A DNA stretch of 64,000 nucleotides from Macrostomum lignano (taxonomy: Eukaryota): NCBI GenBank assembly GCA_002269645.1, contig NIVC01000825.1, forward strand, positions 1 through 64,000, given 5' to 3'. The translations under genes were made by a program, and so were the position numbers. Every line of letters begins with the position of its first letter. Positions within the stretch are counted from its first letter, which is position 1. This document shows positions 1-10,330 of the stretch, one piece after another. Under the pieces are notes generated by a model. The model was not told where the DNA came from. It searched no databases and saw nothing but the letters and a program-made list of their open reading frames with translations.

Positions 1-847
1 GATTTGAATCCGTTCTCTCCTTTAATCGTCTTGGATCAATGTTCTCTATGTTGAAGATCTACATTTATGCATCAAAATGCAGGTGCATAGATGCTAGTTA
101 AATAGTCACACCTAATAAATTTTGCACTCACCATTTCTGACGATTTCAAAGGCTCTGGTAAATAGGTGTCTTCTAAAGAGTGAAAAAATTAAAGTGTTTA
201 GATTGGTTTATATCAAAACGTTTGACGTACGATATGTTGTGCCATAAAATCGAAATTACTAAATTATAATCGGCAAAAGTATACTGTCACCTTCTTGGCC
301 TGATGCGATGGTAAGCAGAGTAATCAACGTTACGACTGAAGCGCAATAGAAGGCAAGCGTCCAACGCATGACTTGGTCTGCAGCATAAGACGCGAATTAG
401 CCGAACACTAAGCGTATTAACGTTAATGCTTGATAATTTTCTGTTGCTATATAAAAATATCTAACTGGAGCAGCCATAGAGTATTCCTATCCAATTTGCA
501 GGCAGGAATGTGAAAGAAATCTTCAATCCTTTTAGTGTAAAAGAAACAGCGCGTTTTTGCCATAGACAACTGAATATATTTTAGCGCAAAAATTGAATAA
601 ACTATAGACAATTAAAGAACACGAAATACTTATTAACCAGTTAGTAAGTTACGATGGATGGTATTTTCATATTGTCAAATTTTATAATAAACTAATAATT
701 AGATAATATAGTAGCGCGAAAAACTTGCGAGATTAGCCATTCCGTACGTTAGGATGGTGTTTTTAAATTTCCATTTAAATAGTGAACAAATTGCTAACAA
801 AAACTTGTCTTGTGTGAGTAATGACTCACCTGCAAATGTCTGGTCAA

Positions 848-1162
848 TCACTCACTTATAATAAAAATTGAAGGTACAATTATTTTAAAAGGCCCAACCA
901 ACTGTTGAGGCTGGCCAGTTAGAGTACCCGTCGCCGTCGCACCTTCTGACACGTTGGGAGATGCCAGATTGACACTGACAGTCGGAACCGTGGCCGGAGC
1001 ATCGCAGATCTGAACACTATCAATGCGATTTTCCGGGTGAAGACACTCACTGAGACAATTGGATAGCTTCTGCTTCTTCTCGGAACTGATCCTATTTGTG
1101 TAACGTTGTACAGACTCGGCGCTCTTGTGTCCAGTTACAGCCTGAATGTCTTGGACAGAAAC
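848..1162 (-). mobile_element. Crypton-like / tyrosine recombinase C-terminal fragment (probable last exon or remnant)
   Basis: The ORF reads VSVQDIQAVTGHKSAESVQRYTNRISSEKKQKLSNCL. The TGH-K-S-x3-(V/L)-x-R-Y box carries the catalytic His and Tyr of tyrosine recombinases, in the form seen in Crypton/DUF3504 proteins. A candidate acceptor AG lies at 1163-1162. The upstream part was not found. Confidence 0.65.
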
Positions 1163-1665
1163 TTGGACAGATAGTATTTCTATTTTAATAAAATTCAAGA
1201 TATTTAGCAGAGAAACTGAAATTACAGTAAACTTGAGACATATACGAAGCATTAACCCGTGAATTTTACCACTGGACATCGGCAGCGGGCAGGAAATGAA
1301 AATTCGAAAAGATTCACACTCAAATAGTATGGAGTTACCATAGACCGGGCAGGAAATGGCGTTTCTGCCCGCCCTTGCAAATTAGGGTAGGAATAGCGAT
1401 ATCATAGACCTTGTGAGGACAGAAAGATGGAGAATCCGAGGGTCGCGAAGCGGCCCTGAATGGTTTATTCACAAATACTCGTAACTTTAACTGCTAGGTT
1501 GGTAGGTCGTTTGAGAACGACAACAAACAAACGCAAAGCTTGGGAACAAACGTAGACGTTCGCTGTCACTAACTGAATCTGGGGCGCCCGGCATCAGCCA
1601 GAAGCCAGTCGATGAAACGCCGAGTGCGCACCTCTTCCGAGTTCTCTTCGGAAGTGGTTGGTTAG

Positions 1666-1805
1666 TCAGTTTGCACTTTTATAAGGCAAGGCGACGTTTG
1701 ACCCGCAGTCAGCGAGGAGGCAGTCAGTCATGCCCATTCCGCTAACCACTGAGCACTTATATACGCACACATAAGTAAGCAGGCACGCATTTATGGTGTA
1801 CAGCT
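1666..1805 (-). mobile_element. Diverged 3' fragment related to SINE family 2 (see 22954-23252)
   Basis: Shares the ordered motifs GCACTTT-A-AG, GCCCATTCCGC, CTGAGCA and GTGTACAG with the three clearer copies. Confidence 0.35.
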
Positions 1806-1883
1806 CTCTGTCTTGTGTTTGACCCCATGGGAGAGAATCGCATAACAATGTGTGAGGTTGCCTGCCAGATGGAGTCACCAACA

Positions 1884-2400
1884 GTCTCTCTCCGTCAAAC
1901 CTCATCAGTGCAGTCTCCTCCCGTCAAACCTCATCAGTGCAGTCCCTCTCCCGTCAAACCTCATCAGTGCAGTCCCTCTCCCGTCAAACCTCATCAGTGC
2001 AGTCCCTCTCCCGTCAAACCTCATCAGTGCAGTCCCTCTCCCGTCAACCTCATCAGTGCAGTCCCTCTCCGTCAAACCTCATCAGTGCAGTCCCTCTCCC
2101 GTCAAACCTCATCAGTGCAGTCCCTCTCCCGTCAAACCTCATCAGTGCAGTCCCTCTCCCGTCAAACCTCATCAGTGCAGTCCCTCTCCGTCAACCTCAT
2201 CAGTGCAGTCCCTCTCCGTCAAACCTCATCAGTGCAGTCCCTCTCCGTCAAACCTCATCAGTGCAGTCCCTCTCCCGTCAAACCTCATCAGTGCAGTCCC
2301 TCTCCGTCAAACCTCATCAGTGCAGTCCCTCTCCCGTCAAACCTCATCAGTGCAGTCCATCTCCCGTCAAACCTCATCAGTGCAGTCCCTCTCCAGTCAC
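1884..2400. repeat. 30-bp minisatellite (ccgtcaaacctcatcagtgcagtccctctc)n
   Basis: Direct tandem units are visible. They explain the repetitive ORFs at 1815-2474, 1852-2466 and 1937-2443. Confidence 0.95.
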
Positions 2401-2955
2401 ACCTCATCCGTGCATTCACATTCCTGTCACACCTTATCAATAGAATTCTTCCTCAGTTATACCTAATTAGTTAAAGTTCGTTCTCTTAATTTTTTTTTCA
2501 ACATTTAATATCAAATTTAGGTCTACTTAATAGCTGGTAAATTGATCTAACTTAATTTTGATTTTTTGCTTTTCAGAGTCTTCATATGTAATCGTACAAT
2601 TTTAGAAAATACATGATTTCTGTGGGCTGTCGACAGCTTTATTTTCCTTGCTAAGCAGCATAAAATAACGTCTTTATATTTTATTCAAAAGCATTTTTTT
2701 ATTTACTAATTGCTTGCTTGTTCGAAGGCAAACAATTTTGGCATAAAAACAGCTGCATTGAAGATGCGGCAATAAAAAAAGCGATTTGAGTGCCCGGTAA
2801 GAGCAAAAAACTAAAATAAGGATCTCTCTTGAGATGCAGCAAGAAAGAGAAAGCTGCAATGGGCGAAACAAGCTCCTCAAAATTGAGCATAATGACAGAG
2901 GAGAAATCTGAAAGGACCTTTAAAGAAGCAAGAGTTTCTCGAACTGCTTAACGCC

Positions 2956-4332
2956 TCAATATTTATTCCCCATCAGCGCCTTCCTTGTCCATCTCTTCGA
3001 CCTCTCCTCCTCGCCTTCGACGCTGTCCACTCCGACCTCTTCGTAGTCCTTCTGCATGGAGCCCAGGTCCTCGCGCGCCTCAGCGAACTCGCCCTCCTCC
3101 ATGCCTTCGCCGACGTACCAGTGCACGAAGGCCCGCTTGGAGTACATGAGGTCGAACTTGTACGCTAGCCGGTCCCAGGCCTCAGCGATGGCGGTGGTGT
3201 TGCTCAGCATGCAGACGGCTCGTGGCACCTTCGCCAGATCGCCTCCGGGCACCGTGGTGGGCGGCTGGTAGTTGATGCCGACCTTGAACCCGGTTGGGCA
3301 CCAGTCCACAAACTGAATCTCGCGCTTGCTTTTGATCTTCTGAACGGCGTCGTTGACGTCCTTGGAGTTGACGTCTCCTCGGTAGAGTAGACAGCAGGCC
3401 ATGTACTTTCCATGCCGAGGGTCGCACTTCACCATTTGGTTCGTCGGTTCGAAACAGGAGTTGGTGATCTCGCGAACCTTAAGCTGCTCGTGATTGGCTT
3501 TTTCCGTTGAGATGATGGGCGCGAACGTTGCTAGAGGAAAGTGGATCTTGGGATAGGGCACAAGATTTGTCTGGAACTCAGAGATGTCCACGTTGAGGGA
3601 ACCTTCGAAACGCAACGAGGCAGTGAGCGAAGAAATTACTTGACTGACTAATCTGTTCAGGTTAGTGTAAGTCGGCTTCTCGATGTCCAGGTTCCTTCTG
3701 CAGATGTCGTAAATAGCCTCATTGTCAATAATGAAGGTGACATCGGCGTGTCGCAATGTGCCGTGGGTGCACAAGATGGCGTTGAACGGCTCAACAACCG
3801 CGGTGCTGACCTGCGGCGCCGGGTAGATAGAAGTCTGCACCTTGGCCTTTTTGCCGTACTCGGATGACAGCTTGTCCATCAGCAGGGAGGTGAAGCCGGC
3901 GCCAGTGCCGCCGCCGAACGAGTGGAACAGGAAGAAGCCCTGCAGGCTGCTGCAGTTCTCCGCCGCTCTGGCCACTACCTCTCGCACGGTGTTGATGATC
4001 TCCTTGCCGATGGTGTACTGGCCTCTGGCATAGTTGTTGGCGGCGTCCTCCTTGCCAGAGATAAGCTGTTCCGGATGAAACAGCTGCCTGTAGGTTCCGG
4101 TACGGACTTCGTCAACTACGGTGGGCTCCAGGTCTATAAACACAGACCTTGGTACGTAACGGCCAGAGTTTGTCTCAGAGAAGAACGTCTCTACTGAGTT
4201 GTCGCACTTCTCCCTGCCGGCTAGCATCATGCCGTCGGGCTGGATGCCGTGCTCCAGACAGTAGAGCTCCCAGCAGGCGTTGCCGATCTGCACTCCGGCC
4301 TGGCCGATGTGAATAGAGATGCACTCGCGCAT
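2956..4332 (-). CDS. tuba: Alpha-tubulin, divergent intronless isotype
   Basis: MREC start, GGGTG(A)G signature, [49 protein letters not shown] and [18 protein letters not shown] are all alpha-tubulin motifs. The C-terminal tail frame is uncertain (see findings). Confidence 0.97.
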   Translation of the reverse strand: MRECISIHIGQAGVQIGNACWELYCLEHGIQPDGMMLAGREKCDNSVETFFSETNSGRYVPRSVFIDLEPTVVDEVRTGTYRQLFHPEQLISGKEDAANNYARGQYTIGKEIINTVREVVARAAENCSSLQGFFLFHSFGGGTGAGFTSLLMDKLSSEYGKKAKVQTSIYPAPQVSTAVVEPFNAILCTHGTLRHADVTFIIDNEAIYDICRRNLDIEKPTYTNLNRLVSQVISSLTASLRFEGSLNVDISEFQTNLVPYPKIHFPLATFAPIISTEKANHEQLKVREITNSCFEPTNQMVKCDPRHGKYMACCLLYRGDVNSKDVNDAVQKIKSKREIQFVDWCPTGFKVGINYQPPTTVPGGDLAKVPRAVCMLSNTTAIAEAWDRLAYKFDLMYSKRAFVHWYVGEGMEEGEFAEAREDLGSMQKDYEEVGVDSVEGEEERSKRWTRKALMGNKY

Positions 4333-5066
4333 TTTCGTAGCTGGTTGGAGTTGTAAATTGAAAGCTCTAGCGCTTGGTGCAAGTAAGAGACGCGTTAGCT
4401 TGAGGAGCCGCCGGCGTTGACTGACGAGCTTAGATGAGCGCTGGGTCGGGCTCTTCTTAACCTCCTTTGCCTGTGTCGATACAGGGCCGGGCCAAGAAGC
4501 CGTCTATGGCTAAGCATTCCCCAGCTTAACAAATTTTAGTCTGTGGCCAGTGCCCCAGCGGGAAAAATTTGAAGCCTGGGTTTTTAAAGTGCAAATAGAA
4601 ATTAAATTAATATTCAAATATTAAGTACAAAAATCTAATCGCAAGCCCGTGTCTTGAAGTTTTTGGTTTGGTTTTTTTGGCCCGACCCCGAGGCTTATGA
4701 ATTTATTCAGTCGTCTTGATACATGACTACAATCAGATTTCAACCATGCACGGTGCATCAGTGCGCAAGAACGTCTTATGCTTACGACCATTGGCCAATG
4801 GCCATTTGACGATTTGGCACAAAGTTTCTCATTTTTAATCAATATTTCGCTAAATGTTTCTTCCAACCTGCATAATATAAGTTACTGTAGCATGCATTAC
4901 ATGTATGCAGAGAGGCAGTTCGGAGACACCCAGGTTCCGCACTCAGTGACCCCCCCCAGCCCAATCCACTTCTCTTACTCGAGTACATCTCCAAGCGCCC
5001 TAAATGAGCCGGAAATCTGTTCTGTCAAGCAGATACACAGGCACAACTCCTTTCTACTCCTCCAAC

Positions 5067-5223
5067 CAGGGGCGTAGCCAAGCCGGCTGGGCATGATTCA
5101 GGCCAAATTTTCAGCACCCCCCTCCCCCGTCGCAGAGGCCTAGCACCCCCTGCCCCCGGTTGCCGCTGTGAGCCTGTGACTGTGACCCCCCCCCAGCAGA
5201 AGGAAATCCTGGCTACGCCACTG
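5067..5223. mobile_element. 157-bp MITE, hAT-like
   Basis: TIRs are CAGGGGCGTAGCCA and TGGCTACGCCACTG (13/14 complementary). Flanking 8-mers are cctccaac (5059-5066) and tctccaac (5224-5231), a 7/8 TSD match. Confidence 0.85.
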
Positions 5224-6358
5224 TCTCCAACATTTTTGAGAGCTAACTACACTCGCCGACACGTCTATATAGCGATAGTTGTTTCTCGCTAAAATTACTA
5301 ATGCTCGTATCAGCATCGGATAGACACTTTCAACACAGCAGATTTTCGAAATCCTAATATTGCTGTAAATATGTATTCACTTACTGTGTATTTTCCTATA
5401 AACCCTGATACTTAATCATTCAATCTGCGTAAAGCAGCTAGAGTCCAAATTAACGTTGTTTCTTGGAAACTTTTTCAAAAGCACAGCGGCGGGCATTCTC
5501 TCGAAAAAATAGTTTAAGGAACGATTCGAGAAGAATGCCCGGCGGCACGATTTCTGAAAATCTCGGCACAGAAGGCAGGATTAAGAAAAACGAGTGTTAT
5601 TGCTTGTCTCAGTAACTATTGAGGATGCGGATCGATGAGGATCAAACACGATATGGTGTCGATACCCATATTACATGCTTCATTTCCTTTGGTTTGGCTA
5701 TAGGCCTAGGCAAATTTTAATGTTTTGCTGTAGTGTAGTAATGCAGTAATGCACCAGTTATCAACTTTTTGTAGTCTGTACAGTAGTTTTGTAGTTAGTT
5801 AGTTGTCAAAGTTTCTAAGGATTTTTTATTTCATATTTTCAACCACATGACTTTTTTAAATTAGGTCATCCCTATTGACAAAGGCCTATTGATAATTGTT
5901 TTAGGTAAAAAATAATAATTAATAAACTAGTATAATTAATATATTATAAAATTGTTCATATTGCAAATGAGTATTTATTCTTTATCATTCTTATATTATC
6001 ATATATATATATAGCCTATAAATCTACATAAATTTGTGCCTTCTAATAATGAATAAAACTATGCTGTTATAACCATTAGGCATTAGGTTATGACAATATA
6101 TTAAATAACCTCTAAAAGTCTAATGGTAATTGGTAAGCACTGCTTACCATGTGTACACCCTAGTTTTAGTCTAGACAGAAGTCAGATGATTTAGATCAAA
6201 TATAATCTATGGTAAAATTAAAATACACATTCCCTTCTAGTTGGCTATGGTAAGCAAAACTTTTAGAATGATATCTTCCTAGATAGAAAGGAATATACTA
6301 TAGCATGAAATATTTTGCCTGTTGCATGCATATACCAGGAACCAAAACTGTCAAGAAT

Positions 6359-7150
6359 TCAAGAATGCCATTGCTGAAAGCAAGTCTCTAGACATAATCT
6401 TGGTTCACCTAAACATACTAGTACAAGGTAGTAGTAGATTGATCATTTGATTCTTTCAGCTTGGTAGTAGATGCAACATTGCTTAGTTGGTCTTGGCTGA
6501 CTTTCTCAAGCTTGGCTGAATTTGCATTAGAAACTGTGGGCTGACTTGGCCAAAGGCTTGAGCTGCAATAGCTCTACACAAATTTACAAATGCTGGCTTC
6601 TAGTAGAAACTTAACAAATACCTTTTGGCCACTACAGTTACAGTATACAATCCAAGCATTTTAGACTATCTGCAAGCATAGGTGCAAACCAAGTTTCAAA
6701 AACATTCTGGTTTTCCAAGCAAGCTAATAAGGCTGCATGTTGCTATCTATTTGATTAACGCTGCCTATACCATGTAGCAATTGTAAGTCAAAGCTGAGTG
6801 GCACTACATTGCAGTTGCTGCTTCACCTTGGGCAACTTGTTGGACTAGAACTTTTGATGCTGCTTCATTTGTGTATAGTAAATATAATGTTTTTAGACCA
6901 CTTTCCTTACTTTTAACAATCTTTGTAGCCAGCTTTGCACCCTTGCACATGAAGCCAATATCATTGGGCAGCACATTTAACTGCCTAAGCTCAATTGACA
7001 TGCCTTGGTCAGCTCGTATATTGCAAGTCAGATGAGCATCTTGATCCAGAAGGTACTTAGCCAACCAATAAGAACCAAACCATTTGTTGACAAAAATGCT
7101 ATAGCCTTCATCCAACAGATCTTGGCAAAGCTAAACAAAAATTTTTTTGC
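6359..7150 (-). mobile_element. Degenerate piggyBac (PGBD-like) transposase pseudogene
   Basis: LCQDLLDEGYSIFVNKWFGSYWLAKYLL..LTCNIR matches the piggyBac LLDKGYxxxxDNxY..TxR region. KLGLHLCLQIV*NAWIVY matches the WxxK..NAxxxY box. VCLGEPRLCLETCFQQWHS* (stop 6359-6361) matches the Cys-rich C-terminal domain. Many in-frame stops are present. Confidence 0.8.
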
Positions 7151-8919
7151 TGAATGACTAGTTTTCACTTTGTGGATCTAAAACAAATGGGGTCCTCATT
7201 GTCCAATGTCATGAGTTCAGACACTGTCTACTTGGGTCATTTCAAGCTCTTTGAGAACTGGTTTCAGTATTCGACTCAAACTAGACTACGACAAATAAAG
7301 TATAGGAAACAAAAACTTAAAGAATTCAAAAACCACTATAGTATAAAGCATGACTATATAAGCTATTAAAAAGCTAGACAAGTGAGGAGACAGATTAGCT
7401 TCTCTGTTTAAACTGACTAGGGCTAGGAAAAAGAATATTGTTTATACTGTTTGTGTTGCCCATCCCTCTTGTACAGGGACTAGTGAATGCAGACACTGTT
7501 ATCTTCAAAGGTAGGACAATGGCTATATTATGTTCTTATCTTTTATAGCCCAAATTAACCTCTATTTGACTATAGTTTAGGCACTTATAACTGTGCCCAA
7601 TGGATAAAACAGCCATAGACATTTTCCAAATCTATGACTATAAATGTTGCTGCTACCACCATTCCTGCCTATAGTCCGACCTATAATTCCTGCCATAGAG
7701 ATTGATTTTATGCTGTCTAGCTTAGATATAGACAGAGTAGACAAAAATGGCCATCTATCTGCCTATGGCTAAGAACCAATTACAAAGCTATATTTACAAG
7801 TAGCTACTATATCTTCATCCTACACCATGCCTCCCCTCGAGTTTGCTGTTGGTTAGAAAAGGGCACATATAGAGAAGCTTGCCAGCTTTAGTAAGGCTAG
7901 TGGGGGGCTAGCTACCCCTTACAACCCTGAGCTTTAATAAGGCTAGTAGGGGGCTAGCCACCCCAATGCCCCTGGCTTTAATAACCCCTGGCTTAAATAA
8001 CCCCTGGCTTTAATAACCCCTGGCTTTAATAACCCCTGGCTCTAATAATGATAGTGGGGGCTAGCTGTGGATAGCTGAGGCCAACTTGTCAGTTGCAGAT
8101 CTGGCCCAATTGGGACAAGTGTAATCAAATATTATTATTTACATACTTACTAACAAACACTCATGATTTTTCTCTTTGTATATTATAACACTGTGGAGCA
8201 AGTTTATGTATAGTCTATTTAGTGTAAATATAATTTCAATGGTATTAGCCATAAAACTTATATCAGCAACTGCAGCTTTTACCATAGACAACTAAGAAAT
8301 CTTCAGTAACCAATCAGGATGCCAGGGGCTTCACAAAGAAAAATTGTACCCCCACTTCAAGGCAGCCAAGCAATCAATGGTTTTATTCATCCATGAGTGG
8401 AAGGCCACTCACACTGAATGCCCAAATGTTTTGTTCCTAGACTAGTAATCCAAATATAATATATCATCCTTGGACAGCACTTATCTTCTTTTGCTATTTA
8501 TCAGTAGGCTATCAGTGAGCAATAGGTTCATGCATATGATAGAAAAGTTACTTAAATTTATTGACAAAATGATTTCAAAACATAAAAAACCAGATTAATA
8601 GCCAACTAAAACAAAAAACCTTGATCTCCCCGCTGCAATATAAGCCAACAACCTGAAACAGCTGCAGGAGGGAACTGATCAAAATGAACTTTTTATTTTG
8701 AAAAAGAACAGAACAAACAGAAAAACACAGCATACAGAAATGCAAGCAAATTATTGGGCAGAAATAAAAAAATGGGCATAAAAATTGGACTGAAATTTAC
8801 CTAGAAATGGCTGAGCTTCATGGACCATTTTAAAATGAGGAAAAAAACATACTTATATAAAAGCTGACTACATTTCACCAAATAACAAAGGCATACAGGT
8901 TTGCAACTATAACAGTATT

Positions 8920-9319
8920 AGCACTGACAAGACAAGGTCATCACTTGACTCATCTCTTGAACTGTCATCAAAGCTACCCTTGCTTCTTCTATTGTTGTGG
9001 CGGTCGCTCCTTTTGTGGCAGTTGCTCCTTTTAGTTCTTTCTGTGCCAACAATTTTTGGCCAGATGACCTAATTTGTTACACACAAAATACCTCTCTACA
9101 ATATAGAAAAGCTTGTTTGTAAGTATTTATGCTATTTATATATATACATATATGTATAATACACATTTATATTAATACAGACTTACTTTGGATGGAACCT
9201 TTCCCACCTCCTCCTCAACCTCTTCCACCATCTCCTCCTCTGCCTTGGCTGCCACCTCTGCCTTGGCCACCTCACCCACCTCTGCCTTGCTACTCTTTGA
9301 AATATAGTTTGACTATCAT
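8920..9319 (-). pseudogene. Spliced pseudogene remnant: RGG-rich exon plus CCHC zinc-knuckle exon
   Basis: Exon 9319-9187 (acceptor ttctttcag, donor gtaagt) reads QGRGG*GGQGRGGSQGRGGDGGRG*GGGGKGS. The phase-1 exon from 9095 (acceptor tattgtag) continues K-R-YFVCNKLGHLAKNCW, which is CX2CX4HX4C with the first Cys changed TGT->TAT. Confidence 0.65.
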
Positions 9320-10330
9320 CTGAAAGAAAAAAGTTATGCAACTACATTAGCTGTGTGCCTAAGTGCATGTCTCTTTTTTAGAAACAATAAAAATGTACAC
9401 AAGACAGAGAATAGCATAGCTTAGCTACTAAATATAAGTAGAATACACTCTGACAGGACTGACAATAGGGCAATTTAACAACATTAATTTAGAAAACTGT
9501 TTAAGCAAATTTGTTAACCTTTGTTAGGATTTGTGAAAAATCCTAATTATACTCCATTAGCACTAACACTATTGGTAAATGTTAACATTTTTTAACGCTC
9601 CTTAACTAATTAACATTTTATAACAAACTTGTGCTGTCTTATAAAGACAGTAATCCATAGACAGGCCAACTGACAAACTGACAGTAAATAGTAAATAGAT
9701 AGATAGACAGAAAGATAGACATATGGACTGGAATGGAGACAATAGAAATTTAGGTCAAGTCCTGAAGAGCGAAGAGGTTAAACTACACATTATCCTTATC
9801 TATCTTATAATTATTGGTTAATAAATGGATTATTTATTAATCTAAAAATTATTTGGCACTTTTAAATCAAACCATTTTTGTTTTCCTCAATTTCTTTTAT
9901 ATATAACTTTTTTATCTACAACTTATGTCTAGAAATGCATTAAAATAGCAATAACAAAAAATTAATTCGCATTTTAAATTCTAATTTTGCTAAAAAGGCT
10001 TTGTTTTTGTATTTATATATAAAAGTTATTATATATGTAGGCCTATATAGGCCTTTATGGACTTTATGTTCTTTTTGAAATCTTATTAAGCTGCCACCAA
10101 AGTTTCAATAGTGCTCTTTGTTATATCTTTAACAATCTCTATTCAAATGTTTGGGTTGGGGTTTGAAAAAATGTTTGGGCCAGGCCTCAGGGTAGTGATA
10201 CTGGAACCCCGAACCCTGAAAAATTGCCCTCCTGAACCCCTACTCAGCGCTAGTTGTGGGACGGTGTCGTCAAAAGCATTTGTGCCAGGCTAACCACAGC
10301 CCTCCTGCAGTTATGGTTATTATTGTAGTC

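Noticed and set aside
3056-4197. Antisense and alternate-frame ORFs over tubulin (similarly over BBS2, the GPCR, the ankyrin gene and innexin)
   Set aside because: They are expected shadows of GC-rich coding sequence.
460-9670. Recurrent CCATAGA / TCTATGG motifs as element termini
   Set aside because: I could not pair them into an element with matching TIRs and a TSD.
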